A stretch of DNA of 64,000 nt from Lama guanicoe (taxonomy: Eukaryota), in NCBI GenBank assembly GCA_013239625.1, contig MU054323.1, positions 12,879,950 to 12,943,949 on the forward strand, read 5' to 3'. The notes beneath the pieces are model-generated. The model searched no databases, had not been told where the DNA came from, and saw only the letters and a list, made by a program, of their open reading frames with translations. This document shows positions 11,531 to 25,632 of the stretch, piece after piece. Position 1 is the stretch's first letter; the number at the start of each line of letters is the position of its first letter. Made by a program: the position numbers and the translations under genes.

Positions 11531-14500
11531 CATCTATAGAAATAGGAAGAGTATTGAACCTGAAATCAGGGTCCTGTTTTTCAACTTAGTGTCTTTTGGT
11601 TTTGCGCTGACCAGTTGATCAAGGAATCTAAATTTGTATTTATTTGTCTTAAAATGAGCGTATTAGTATCTACCTCTCAGAATTATTAGAGAGATTAAAT
11701 GAGATAATGCACTTAACAATGTGCTGGATAAAAATTAATCTGTAAATCACTATCAGATGACAGGACACACAAGGAGTTTAAAAGGCAAAAATGAAAAAAA
11801 GATTGCATCATGCAGGTTTTGTTTATGAAAGCAGAGCCACTTTGAATATTTTGGGGAATAAGAAGTTTGCCAAAGGCATTTGATCTTATACAGATGTGGG
11901 TAGAGTTAGGGAATGAAGATGTGGAAGAGGGAGTAAGGAGATCAGGGAAAGAATCATTTACCGATCCACTTGAAGCTTTGGCTCAAGTGGAAAAGTCAGA
12001 ACTTACTTAAAGGAATCTGAGGAGCCAAGTACTTCGAGCCTTTGAAATGGGAGGATAAAGAAGGAACTTGAGGAGAGGTCTGTGGAAAGCTCTTGTATCT
12101 ATGTAGCTGCCAGCTCTGTGGGTCCACGGTCAAGTGTCTGATGGAGAGCCTGGGGTTGCTATTGGTTGGCAGGGCCAGCAAGTGGAAAGGCGAGCCGGGT
12201 GCATAGAGCAAGGACATCTCTGCATCTGTTTGATGCCATGTTCAACTGTGATAGCCTTCCAAGAGTAAAGAATGTTTGTTACTTTACTTCTGCCTTTCAA
12301 ATCCTTAGCGAGTTTCCCTTCTGGTCAACTCTAACATGAAATCAGAAGGGAAAGGGATTTTAGGAAACATGGTTCCCAGCTTAAGCAAGTTAGTGTGGCA
12401 TAATCCATAATATGACTGTGCAGTGGTTTAGCCCTTTTACTTGAGGGTTTACTTATTTGGGAAGTGTCAAACTACTGTTAAGTCCAGAGTATTTCATAGG
12501 TCGTGTTACATAGGTAAGAAGAGTTTCTGATTTGGGGGAAACTTAAAGTTTCTTCAAAAAATGGTTTGATATTGAAGCATTCTTAGGACATAGAAGGACA
12601 AAAATAATGAGAAATATATAAGCATGTATTTTGCATATCTTGTTTTATTTAATAGATGAGTTCCTTAGAGATAATATGGCAAATGAATTTTTGTAAATTG
12701 AACATTTTTCTAATAACAAGTTACAGTGTCAAGAGTGTATTATCTCCAGTTGGTTTCTGATTGACGTTGGCACACGATTTTTTATTTTAGTTTCTTGAGT
12801 TTTATTAGCATGATGCCATCAAGACTGGTGCAGTTAATGGGATGGTGAGATAATCAAGGTCCTTGCAGACTAAATTATACCATAAAGTCCATGTACTTCT
12901 GAGGCAAGATAAGGAAAGTGAACTTCTCTCTGTGCTTCTGAAAGGCCACTGCATCTGATGTTGTCTGGTGACTGGGTGCAGAAGAACATACTTGCTGCAT
13001 CAGTACCTGCGTAGCAGAGGTCAGGGGCTGTGATGATTTAGTCCAGTAAAGAGATCGTGTCTGGAACAGTAGCTGCAATTAGAGCACCATTACACTGAGT
13101 TTACATAATCTATGACATTTTCCGGGACCCATCTGTGTTCTGCTCAGTTTAAATGGGTAGGTTAAACTGCCCATGCACACACAAACACTCACACAAACAC
13201 AAACGCACACTTTGCAGTATCTCGCAACTTTTTGACAGTGGCACACATGTCTGTGGTTTACACAGATAAGCAGTGTTGCTTAGGGTTTTCTCTTTTAATG
13301 AGGATAAGCAGCTTCAGAGGCTTTCACTATGGCTCTTTCTTCCGAAGTAGCACTCCCTGAGGGCTCTGCTTTTGCTGGATATGTGTCATCCACCTCTGTA
13401 TTCACAGATAGGTTGCAAATGATAAATTAACAAGAGACTTTTCTTCAAAGTTGTTGCATTCTTTCTTCCACGTTAACACCAAGAAATTTCTAGCATCTCA
13501 ACTTCAGTTTTGGCCATGTTTGAGTCCAGGTTTTAGTCAAACAGTTAAGCAGATAGTTTAAAACCATCCCCAGCTGCTTGAGTTAGTACTGTGAATCAAA
13601 ATTTTCTGATAAGTATCTGAATTCAACTGATTTAAAATTATGATCCTCTTTGTCTATGGCCTTAGAATCTCTTTTAACACATGGTCCCAAGGTCTCTAGA
13701 AAGCAGCAATATCTTGCAGTTCTTTATGTGTGTAAAATCTATTTATATCACTAGAGGCAGTGAAGGGTGGAAGGGTCAAGTATGAGAATTGGAATTTTTT
13801 TGCAAGGTAACTCCCTGAGATGCAGTCTTCACTGTGTCCTTAAGCAAGGTGGCACTAGTCTCTACTGACATAGGAAACTCAGTAAAGTTTTGGGACTTTC
13901 TGTTGTCTGAATCATCCAAGTGTTAAATTCTTGAGTTTTGCTCTTTTATAATCAATGCCCTCTTCTCTGGGCCATCATAAAGTAACTGGTACTACAGCAA
14001 TCCTCTTGCTTTAAACAACCATTGTGGTTGTTACTGGTATGTAACAAACCACATCAAAACTTGATGGCTTAAAACAACAGCAATAATTTGTTTATCGCTC
14101 TTTGTTTCTGTGGAACAGATATTTGGGAAGGCCACTTACGACGTGAGAAGCGTGAGGTGATAGCAATGTTAACTCTGAATGAACTTAGAGAAATTGAAGA
14201 TGCACAGCCCTAGAGCAATCATGAAAATTTACTAAAACAGTATATAGCTGAAAGGCAATAGAGGAAATAAAATGAATGACTAAAGCATGTTTGATTAACA
14301 CAATCAAATGCCCTAACTTTCACACAGAACTAGTAAAACTGAATTTATCCTATATCGTAATTCAGCAGTCCTGCAAGGGCGGTCTCTGTATCTGATTTTT
14401 GGCTGCACCAGCTTTGCAGCTACAAGGAAAAAGGAAATGTTTTAGACACTTACAGAAATTCCCTAGTTCTCTCACCTCGAGGATTTAAAGCACTAAGTGT

Positions 14501-16330
14501 CTTGTGGGTGTGTGTGGGTGTAGGTGTGTGTACGTACATGTGCTGCCTAGTGAACTAAAAGCAGCTGACCTACCTCACAGTCTTGTGTTCTCTCGCAGTG
14601 TCCTGTCACTCAGAGCACAAAAGCCTTACGTTAGATAGGTGCTTCATTCCAAGGTACTGCAGGTCGTCATTGAAGAGCTTCTTTTATCACTGGATACCAT
14701 GGACTACAGGTGTTAAACCCTCTTGTGATCATTGTATCCTCATTGTCTTCAGATCCAACCAGATGAGATAACCAATCACAAATTTTCATTTTTTTGCAGG
14801 AGTGTACTGCCTGCAGTCACTTCTGTGCCCAGTTACTATAATGGTCATTATTTGATTGCAGACCACAGAATCCACTCTAGCAGTTTAAAGCAGAAATGGG
14901 AGAAGGTGGATACCAAGTTTCAGTGCTGTGCTGACAAGAGAATGTCTTCAACTAAACTGTAAGGTCATTTCAGCAAAAATCCTCCTGTGGCTACAGTTTG
15001 TTACACACAATTTGATTGAATATATATACATATATATGTAAAAATAAATACATTTAGTATAAAATATATTGAAATATCTTTATTGAAAAATAATATATTG
15101 AATATAGAATTATATGAGATACATTAATGGCTATTGTATTTTCTGTGAATAAAGGAATTACATAGGTTATATTTGAAAAATTCATGTTTATTTTGGCTAT
15201 TTAGGACTTGGAACTGTTTTCCCTTAGAATCCTTTTTATAAATCCTGGTTTCATTTTCAGACTAGGCCTAAAAGACCTACATAACACATACCATATCAGA
15301 AATGCAAATGAGCCAGCATCTGAAGACACTTTTTAGAAGCACAGCCTTTAAAAGATTCCTCAAAAATTATAATTATATGTCAAGTCTAAAGAAAATCAAA
15401 TATACAGACTTTAAGATTGTGAGCTACATAAGTTACGGAGTCTAGGTCTGAACATCTTAGCTATCGAAGGATCGCTTCCTGGATGTCGACATCAACTGTG
15501 GCCGTGACTTTCTCGGCATCTTTGGTGACCCCACTGCTGTTATGTGAAGATGTATGTGTGTAAGGAACACCATACTGCTTGTTCTCTGTTGAAGTTGATC
15601 AGAAGTGGGGGTTGGGGGAGTGGACATGGGTCGGGAGAAGTGGGGTAGTACTTGTGACAAGTACAGAATTAGCTTGGGTGACAAGGTGAATCCAAATTGT
15701 AGATACATGAGAAGAATACCCAAGCCGTGTGTTGAGGATGGGCTTTAACTTCCAAAGTGAACGGACTGTCTGGAGGCAGATAGGTCTCATGCTGGCAGGT
15801 TTTATCTGTGAGGTGAAATTAGTTCAGATAAGAGGTAGGGGTTTAGCAATATCTAGTAAATTGTATCCTCTTCCTTCTTTTATAAATTTTTCAGCAGTCA
15901 TAGACTCCCCAAGCATCCCATTTTTAGAAAGGGAAGACATACTTTTCATTACCACTGGGTGGAGATGAATTAGATGTTTGCTCTAACAAATGGTCCCAGT
16001 CGTGACAACTGGAGTGGGACGCAGGGAAACGGGGAGCGGAGTCCCGCAGGTATCATGCAGTCAGCTTCTCCTCAGTGCCTCTCCTTGAAGATTCCAGAGG
16101 CCAGCAAAGCACATTCGCCTCTTACTTCTTGTTCCTCTGTTACCTGTACCGTATTTGTCTTCTGTTGTTCCTCTCTTTTTCAGCCTGTGTCCTCGATGCA
16201 TGAAAGAAGGAGGGCATCTCAAACTTTGAAAATAAAATTTTGGATCATGTGGGATAGAAGACGTCTGTGTGCTACAGAGTAGCCGTTCGTCACTATTCAG
16301 CAGTTTAGTTATTTCTGTTGTTGTTTCTAG

Positions 16331-16624
<294 letters not shown>

Positions 16625-17339
16625 TGAATGCATACCCATTTTCTGTCCTCATGACTGGTGAGCTCATCTCCGAGCTGAGACCCTCGTCTCTGATAATTTC
16701 TTGCTTGTCACTGAGAGTAGACAGGCTGGTTTTCTCTTAGTCGCTTTCTTTTGTGCTTCTGTTAGTCATTTTTCTATTTCATTTTGTTATTTCGATTAAA
16801 TGTCCTTAACGCAAATACAGCTATTAAAACTAGGTCCCAGTTTGAGTAGATGTGCTAGGAAGGAAGTGAATGAAAGTCAAAATTACAGACAGTATGGGGC
16901 TCTGCAAGTAATTGCTGAAGTCAATATGGAAAAAAGAACTTCTGTATAAACAGGGTAATACATAGAATGGTAGTTGATCATTTTAAGGGAAAAAAGTCTG
17001 TATTTACATATGCACAAATATTTTAAAATATTTAAAAAATTTTTAAAGGTTTGAAAAGATAATACAAAAGGAAACTGCATCTTTAAAATAAGTAAGTAAC
17101 AAGCTAAATCCACAGGAGTGGACCTAATTTTGAGGGGAAAGAGATCAGCTTACTTTGTATTTAATGATATGCAGTTAGTAAAGTGATTTTATTCCCAGAA
17201 ATGGTCATTTTTTTAAACCAAACTTTCTCTATAACTGCTTTCCTAATCACCAAAGTCACACATAACTGTCAACCATGCTCCTGACAAACATACACCCTGA
17301 CTTGGTGTAACTCTATGTATAATACTGATTTATAATCAG

Positions 17340-17438
17340 CCACTAATGTTTACTGAGCACTTACTATGAGCCAGGTACCTCATTGAGCACTTTACGGGTA
17401 TTTGAACCCAGACAGTCTGACTCCAGAATCTGCACTCT
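17340..17438 (-). mobile_element. MIR remnant
   Basis: tttactgagcacttactatgagccagg...tttgaacccagacagtctgactccaga. Confidence 0.75.
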
Positions 17439-17439
17439 G

Positions 17440-17908
17440 TTTTTTTAATGTGGTGAAAATCACTTAACATAAAATTTTTCATCCTAGCCATTTCTCACTG
17501 TGTAGTTCAGTAGTGTTAATTACCTTCACTTTGTTGTGCAGCCATTGCCACCCGCATCTCAACAGCTTTTTGCATCCTGCAAAACTGAAACCCTGTGCCC
17601 ATTAAACAACAGCTCCCTGTTCTCCACCCCCAAGTCTAGTCCCCGACAACCACTCTGCTTTCTGCCTCTGAATTTGGCTACTCTAAGTACCTCCTGTGGG
17701 TGGAATCATCCACTACTTGTCCTTTTGTGACTGACATATTTCACTTCGTGTAATGTCCTCAGGTTCATCCATGTTGTATTATATGTCAGAATTTTCTTTC
17801 TTTTAAGTCTGAGTAATATTCCAGTGTGTGCATATACCAGTGTGTTTATCCATTTGTGGCTGGACACTGGGTGAGAAGTGAGAAGTGCCGTGGTGAACAA
17901 GGGTGTAC
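17440..17908 (-). mobile_element. L1MA/MB-type 3' end
   Basis: Antisense L1 3' motifs (aacataaaattt..., ttcatccatgttgta, gagtaatattcca). Confidence 0.85.
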
Positions 17909-18192
17909 AGAAATGGTCGTTTTTGAACTGGGTAGTCTTGGGGCATATTTTTACATTGAAAGAAAATCAGAAGTACTTTTTTTATGACAGATGGAGCTAG
18001 TTGCTTAATTTCCTCACTCTATGTAGTAAATACAATGAGAACCTTCCAAATCAGCTGGCTGGTGAGACGCCTGGAGAAGAGAGGAGGGCAGGTGGGAGTA
18101 CGGAAAATCAGCAGACGCTAACAGTTACATTTGGCAGCAAGGATGCTTAACATAGACTTAGAATTGGTTTTTGTTGACAGCTTGCTCTAACT

Positions 18193-18387
18193 CATGGGTC
18201 CTCAACTGGGGACAATTTTGTCCCTGTGTCGTTTGGCAATGGTGGGGAAGTGAAGGGGTGTACTGCCGACATCTAATGGGTGGAGACCAGGGATGCTGCT
18301 AAACATCTCATGATGCACAGCACAGCCCTGCACCGTAAAGAATTATCTGGGCTAAAATGTTGATAGTGTCAAGGCTGAGAAGCCCTG
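18193..18387 (+). mobile_element. MER20 (hAT-Charlie)
   Basis: cagggatgctgctaaacatc...aaagaattatctgg...gctgagaagccctg. Degenerate 8-bp TSD ctctaact/tactaact. Confidence 0.9.
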
Positions 18388-18639
18388 TACTAACTTGATT
18401 ATCACTAGACTTTTTTGGTAGAAAATAGAACTCAGTTTTCTATTATTAAAATTATACTTTTATGGAAAGCTGTATCATATCCTTGCTTATCTTAGTAGCC
18501 TCTGCTTAAAGTTCACCCAACCACCGCAGCCCTAAGGAGTGGGGAAAATGAATTCCCTTGGTCAGCCTCCGTGGTCTAAGTTAAACCAGCGCCGGCTGTC
18601 TCACAGATGTGAGTAGTTTTCTCCAGAACACAGTCTCTT

Positions 18640-19768
18640 CTTAATGTCCAGCCTTAACGTTTTCCTTGTGCCTCACTGGCTACTTCTTCTCAGTCTTTTT
18701 ACTGGTTCCCAGGGGTTATTCCTTGGCCTTGAACTCTGTCTACACTTACTCCCTTGATTTCATCTAGTCCCCTAGCTTCAAGTACTAGCTACATGCTGAC
18801 AACTCCCAAGAGTTTATTTTCAGTCCTGTCTGCTCCCCTGAACTCTAGACTACTGCAGCTCACTGCTTCCTCACTTTCCCCATTTGTTATTCAAACTTAA
18901 CGTTCTAGTATCTGACACACTGTTCTCCCCCTCCTGAGAGCTTTTGCCCCCAAGGTCATCCTCATCCCTGTAAGTGGCGGCCCATCTGGCCTTGGAGTCA
19001 TCCTTGATTCCTCTTTGCCTCATACCCCACATTGACTCCGTCAGCAAACCCTACATCTGCCTTCAAAATATATCCAGAACCAGATAGCTGCTTACCACCT
19101 GCCACCATTCTGGTCACACCCCCATCATCTCTCACCTAGTTCGTATATTGCCTCCTTACTGGTCTTCCTGCCTCTATCCTTCTGCCTGGTCTCAGTGAAC
19201 ATCTAGATTGATCCTTTCGAACGCCAGTCAGATGTGTCACTCCGGCTCATCGTCAGTGCCCCTTCCTGGCTCCCAGGGCTCCCTCAAGCCTAGCTCCTGT
19301 GCTTCTTTCCCATCCTCCTCCCACCTTCCTCCTCACTCACCCCACATGAGCCTCCTTGTTCTTCCCTGACCATCCTGGCATGTTTCTGCCTCAGGCTTTT
19401 AGTACTTGCTGTTCCTCTGCCTGGAATGTTCTTCTTCCAGATACCTGCCTGACTCGCTCCATTACCTCATTCGTGTCTGTGCCCAAATGTCGCTTTCTCA
19501 GAGAGGCCTTCGTGTTCATTCTGTTTAATGATCACTTTCCACCCCTACCTTACACTCCTTGTTTTCCTTCCCTCCTTTATTTTTCTCCATAGCACTTACA
19601 CCTTCTATTATTTTATATAGCTAACTTTAAGAAAAATCTGTTTCTCCTCCACTAGGAGGAGAAGGCAGAAGTTTTTATCTGTGTGGTTCATCTACATTTT
19701 TCTAGTGCCTGTAACAGTCCCTAGCACATATTGGGTCTTTAATAAATAATTGTTGAATGAGTGAATGC
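18640..19768 (+). mobile_element. L2 (L2a-like) 3' region
   Basis: cttggagtcatccttgattcctct, cttcaaaatatatccagaa, ctctgcctggaatgttctt, terminal aataaataattgttgaatgagtgaatg. Confidence 0.9.
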
Positions 19769-20884
19769 ATATCTTCAACCAGTTATTCAGTCAATTATGT
19801 ATGAATTGTCTGCTGTGCACATTGCGCTGAACCAGAGGAGCAAGCAATAGCAGCAGGTCGCTGGGTGGCCTGGCTTGTACCCACTGCTACAGTCTAGTGA
19901 AACGGGCAGAGACCACACTGCCAACAGTGTGAGGCATCAAAGAAATACCCAGCGAGTGATTTGTAACTCACTAGTTTTACAGAGGCCAAGGAGACCATTT
20001 TTGCCTTTGGTAGACAATGAAGAGAAGATGGTGAATTTGGCTTTGAAGCATACATAGTACCTAAATCAGCCAAGGCAAGGGGAGTGGTGAGGGCATTCAG
20101 GCAGGTGAACAGTATGAGCCCAACCCTGGAAATAGAAAGGGAAGGGGCATGTGTGCGCGTGTGCACTGGGGAAACAGCGCTAGTGAACAGGCTGGTTTTT
20201 CAGAGTGGAAGAGAATAGACCAGTCCCAATGGGAAAGCTAGACTGCAGCCAGATTATGGAAGGTCTCAAGTGTGAGGCTGAACTCTTTGGGTTTTTTATT
20301 TGGCAGACTGGGAGCCATTGAAGAATTGATATGTGTTTGGCTTTGTTTCAGGGAAGGAATGTGGTATGCATGGAGGTGAATTAGGAACGTTGTTTTGGCA
20401 ACACTGTGGCCATGGGAGATGCTAGACGTAGACAGTCCTAGGAGACTGTAGCAGTGGTCTAGCGGGACAGTTGTCAGTGTGGGTGGAGCAGTAGGAAAGA
20501 AGGGGTGGATGTGAGGGAATTTGTAAGGGAGGGCTTGACAGGGCTTGGGGGTCTCGTATAATTTTGAATTAATTACTTAGCAAGACAAAGAAATGACAAT
20601 TGCTTGAAGCAGCATCACAGTAGAAACAGATGTTATGTGAGGATATTTTGCAGTTTGTCATGTGGATCCAATTCAGGCAGGCTGTAAGCCAGGCCAGAAT
20701 ATGCAGGCACATGATGCCGCAGTTGTACAGAATTACTAGGAGATGCAAATGTGCACACCGTAGACTTACAACTTGCGATCCACGTTTGAACTGTCCCCGA
20801 AGAAGGAGAGCTCTGACATGCTATTGTCTCCTCTAAGTCCTCAAATGAAAGGAAAACAGAAACATAGAATTTTAAAGGTTTGGT

Positions 20885-20995
20885 GGGGAGGGTATATAGT
20901 TCAGTGGTAGAGTGCATGCTTAGGTTCAATCCCCAGTACCTCCGATAACTAATTTACTAAATAACCAACCAACCAACCTCCCCCCACCAAAAAAA
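20885..20995 (+). mobile_element. tRNA-derived SINE (camelid Vic-1-like), internally deleted
   Basis: ggggagggtata...tagttcagtggtagagtgcatgctta|ggttcaatccccagtacctcc with A tail. Lacks the gcatgcatgaggttctg segment present at 32851. Confidence 0.88.
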
Positions 20996-23889
20996 TTCTG
21001 TCTCCCCTTTTCAGACGTATCCAAGCAGTTGGGTTTAATAACAACAGGCAAAATGAGAGTGATACTTGAATGGCTTTTGTGCATTGTAATGGCTTCCTGA
21101 AATAAAATTGGTAAATAGGAGAGTTTGGTTTTCTATCACGGATGGTCTACAAAACGAAATGCACTGTCTATGGTGCATCCTTAGAGAACCGGAAGACGTG
21201 TGTACCATTTGCATTCGTGTTCTTGAGCTTGCCAGCTGTCATTCGCTTACACCTACCTATACCATTTTCCCGAGTAACTTCTGAAACTACTAAAATTCAG
21301 CCTTAGACTTCTAGGGTTTGTGGACCGTTGGAAGCTGAAGAAAGTGAGTGGAAGCGGTCACCAAACCTTCCAAGCAGGATTTCATAGACTTAAAGCCAAA
21401 ATTAAACCATAAGCCCTTAGGTAGTTGTTATTCTCATTGCCCCCTACTTTTTTGCAAAAAGTAAGAACAAAGAAATCACTCAGCTATCAAGCTAGTATGT
21501 GCAGCCCTAAAAAAGGAAAATGCCACTTCCTATCATTTTCCACCCCTCCTTCAACATACATACGGCATTCCTTTTCTTTTGTCAATTTTCTCCCTTTAAA
21601 ATTTTTAAATTTTCCTAAATGTTCTTCCTCGGTTAACTGGCCGCTCACCTTGGTGAGGTTATACAATATTACTGGCAGTGTATCTGTGCAGAGACACAGA
21701 TTGGCGGAAGGGCTGTAGCAGTTGAGAGGAGGTGCGTGGTCCTGTGGACTGACGGGGCCAGAGATGCGACAGGGCTTAGCTCAGCTGTTCACTGACTGGT
21801 GGGAAGTAGGTCGATGATCGAGAGGGGAGCTGGCTTCACAGGTGGGTGAAGAGCATGAAGAAGGGTGAGGATTTGAGGATTCACTAAGCATCAGTGGCCA
21901 TCCCAGTTTATGCCTTTTATCCTGGTAACCTGTCCACTTTAGCGTTTGTCCCAGATTTTTAATTTTTAAATGAAGTGCTGTTATTAATAGTTACATTAGA
22001 AGAATTTGGAATGGCTTTTCCCAAAGAACCACTTTGTTCTTCCATCTCTGGCCATAGCCTCATCTGGTGTTGTGCTCAGCACGTGTGTAGTGGATGGAGC
22101 TCCTACTGTACAACGTGCTCAGATCTGAAAGATGACCAGCAGGAGCCTCTTTGCCCCCAGCCCTGTCCAGTTGCACCTTAACTCACATTGCTCCGTCAAG
22201 GACAGTGTGCAGGATGCTTGCTGAGAAGACCAACTGTGCTTGCTCTGAGTGGTCGAGGACTGCCACCACCTTCACATCTTGGGTGGCGGTAGGAGAAATG
22301 TTTGAGCCAGTGTCTCAATAAGCCCTTTGGTATATTTCAGACGTGTGTGCCAAGTTGTGGCCTGTGAGGTGTGTGACGCTGCTTGGCTACCAGTTGGCAG
22401 GATTAGTGGGAAATGTGGGGAACTGTAGGCTAGATGTCTGGGGAGCACAGGCAGAGCAATCCTGCCAGAAATAAAAGCACATGGAGAATAGTCTGAATTC
22501 TCTTTCTGCGAGGTTTTGGTCACTTACTGGATGGTCTAAATATACCACTATTCCTATGTTATATACTGCTTGGTAACATTTATGTAGTTTATAATAAACC
22601 CTTTTGGCCATAATCATCTCCAAAAAGCAAACAAATAAAAAAAATGTTTTAGTGAACAATTAAGTCAGTTTTCACTTGTCAAGAGAGTTAATGACTGTAT
22701 AACTGGCACAAAATGTAGTGGATATTTACATTCCACCCCAGGGACTGCAGTCATATCACTGGTCACATGAAAACCAGAAGACCCAAGTCTTCTGAAGAAA
22801 TATTAGCGTATACGTCAAAAGTTGGTTGTTGTTTTTTTAATAGAAAGCATGTCCAAAGATGACAATTTAGTACGCAGCTGTAGGAGGTGCATTTTCATGT
22901 CATTCTGTGAGGCTGGACTTTTTATCTAGAGCAAAGGAAAACGAGCGAAGTTCATTTAGAAAATTAGTTGATGCCAAATTTTCTTGTGCATGTATGAAAA
23001 GTGAGGTCATAGCTGTTAATGTGCTAGCCCTTTTAGCAGAAGCCGTTCATTAACAGTTGAATTTGCCAGTTTTATATCAGTAACATCAGGTGCTTCAAAT
23101 AGAAAACTCATTAATTTGGTTCTCATAATGGTTTTAATTTTTTTCACCCAATTGGTGGACTCAAAATAAAATTTTTGGCAATTCTTTCTATCAAAGGTGA
23201 AATATCTGGCATTGTTCTGAATACTATAGTTATTTCAGTTAAAAAGTTAAATATTGGAGATTTAAGTATTTCCTTTAGTGGTGACAATAAGGATACAAGT
23301 TACGGTGGAGTGTGGCAACGTGGTAAACATGAATGCTCTTCCTGAATTAAGAAAACCTGTCGAGCAGAAATGCACTTGGAACTGGTTACAGTGGTAGGCA
23401 TAATGGTCCAAACAAGCTTCTACCATTGGGAATAAAAACTAGCTGTTGTCATTTACAATATTTTCATATTCACTGTTTGAGTAATTGAACTACCAAATTC
23501 TTGTGAATTAAATTCCTCTAGTATGGCAGTATATACTTTCTCTTTTAGCTACCCATCAGATAGGGGACTTTAAAAATGTTTTAAGTTTTTGAAGAATTTA
23601 TCTATCAATTTAGGTATCCTACAATGATAGGAACCTTTTTTTTTTTTTTAAGGAGTCTGTGTTTTGACTTCATTGTGTTCAAAATCAATTGGAAATCTTT
23701 CATGTATTTAGTTAATGGAGTTCAAGAAAACGTCAGCTTTTAAAGCTTTTAGCAAATTATAATTATTGAAAGCAAACTTTTAAACAGGAAGACATTGAAA
23801 TGTATCTTGAAGAGGAAATAATGAGAGTTCAGATGATGTACACAGGATTTGCTTCTAAAATATATAATCTCTCTTTTGACCATCTCTAC

Positions 23890-24284
23890 TATATTAGTCT
23901 GCTAAGGGCAGCCATAACAAAATACTACAAACTGGGTGGTTTAAACCACTGAAGACATTTATTTTTTTCACAGTTCTGGAAGGCAGAAGTTCAAGATCAA
24001 GGTGCCTTCAGGCTTGGTTTCTGGTGAAGTCTCTTTCTGGCTTTTAAAGGGCTGCCTTCTCACTGTTTCCTCACATGGCCTTTTCTCTGTGCACATGCAG
24101 AGAGACCTCTGGTGTTTTTCCTTCTTCTTAAAAGGACACCAGCCCTATTGGGCTAGAGCCCCACCATTATGATTTCATTTAACCATAATTATCTCCTTCA
24201 TGCCCTATCTCCAAATATGCTCACACTGGAGGCTTTGGGCTTTAACATATGAATTGTAAGGGGGATACAATTCAATCTGTAACA
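23890..24284. mobile_element. MLT1 (A/B/C-type) MaLR solo LTR
   Basis: tatattagtctgctaagggcagccataacaaaatactacaaactgggtggtttaaac...gatacaattcaatctgtaaca. 5-bp TSD-like tctac/tctgc. Confidence 0.9.
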
Positions 24285-24301
24285 TCTGCCTAGGAGGAAT
24301 C

Positions 24302-24700
24302 TTTTCTTTGTAACGTTTTTTATTATGACATTTTCAGTTACACAAAATACAAATAGCAGAGAGGCCAGAATAATGAGTCCCCTCCCATGTGCCCATCAAC
24401 CAACTAACTTTAATAGTTATTAACTCATGACTAATTCATGACTGATCTTGTTTCATCCGTATATCCCATTCTATCCCATATTATTATTCTTTATTAATTT
24501 TTTTTTGGAGGGGGAGAGGTCTGTTTATTTATTTACTATTAGGTTTTTGTATTTTTTAAATGGAGGTACTGGGGATTGAACCCAGGAGCTCATGCATGCC
24601 AGGTGCTCTACCACTTGAGCTATACCCTTCCCCAAACCCCATATTATTTTGAAACAAATACAATATATTATTTCATTTTTAAATGTTTTAGTATGTATCT
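24302..24700 (-). mobile_element. L1MB-type 3' end, host of a SINE
   Basis: ttttattatgacattttca...cccatgtgcccatca...atcttgtttcatc, resuming tattttgaaacaaat...agtatgtatct after the SINE. Confidence 0.7.
24486..24637 (-). mobile_element. tRNA-derived SINE (Vic-1-like) with 11-bp TSD
   Basis: ggaggtactggggattgaacccagg...ctctaccacttgagctatacccttcccc. TSD cccatattatt at 24475-24485 and 24638-24648. Confidence 0.92.
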
Positions 24701-24909
24701 GTAGAAAAGAATCATTGATAGAGAAAACTTATTTGATGAATTTTGTCCTATTAAAAATATTTGTTGAAGAAAGGTACTCTAAATGGAGGCCAAAGTCAAT
24801 ACTTAAGAAAATATTTATAAGCTTCAAATTAACAAAACTAGAATTAAGACTATCCTCTTTAGCAGAAGTTGCTCTGAGCTTACCAGTCATCTCAGCACAT
24901 TAAAAAAAA

Positions 24910-25632
24910 TTTCCCCCAGCTTTACTGAGAAATAATTGACATGTAACAGTGTGTAAGTTTAGGGTATACAACATGATGAGATTTGATGCATGTATATATT
25001 GTGGATGATTACCACAGCATTAGTTGACACCTCTGTCACCTCACATAATTACCTTTGTGTGTATATGTGTGTGATGATAACATTTAAGATTTACTCTCTT
25101 AGGAACCTTGAAGTATATAACACATTATTGTTACCTATAGTCACCATGCTGTACATCAGATCTTTAGAACTGACTCATCTTATAACTGAAAGTTTGTATG
25201 CTTTGACCAACATCTCCCCTGTTCCCCCCAACCCTCAAAACTCCTAGCAACCACCATTCTTCTGTTTTTATGAGTTTGGCTTTTTAAGATTCCACATATA
25301 AGGGAGAACATATGGTATTTGTCTTTCTCTGTCTGGCTTATTTCACTTAGCATAATGCCCTCAGAGTTCATCCATGTTGTTGCAAAGGCAAGATTTTCTT
25401 CTTTTTATGGCTGAGTAATATTCCATTGTGTGTGGGCACACACACACACGCAACTCTTTTATTCATTCATCTCTTGGCAGTTTGTTTACGTGTCTTGGCT
25501 GTTGTGAATAATGAATGCTGCAGTGGACATGAGGGTGCAGGTATCTCTTCGAGGTAGTGATTTAATTTCCTTCAGCTATACACTCAGCAGTGGGATTGCT
25601 GGATCATATGGTGGTTCTGTTTTAAATTTTTC
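24910..25632 (-). mobile_element. L1 (L1MA-type) ORF2 C-terminus plus 3' UTR
   Basis: ORF 25180..25371(-) EGIMLSEISQTEKDKYHMFSLICGI is the standard L1 3'-terminal segment. Confidence 0.92.

Noticed and set aside
11810..12410. Possible old ERVL-type LTR
   Set aside because: LTR-like impression only; I could not assign a family or termini.
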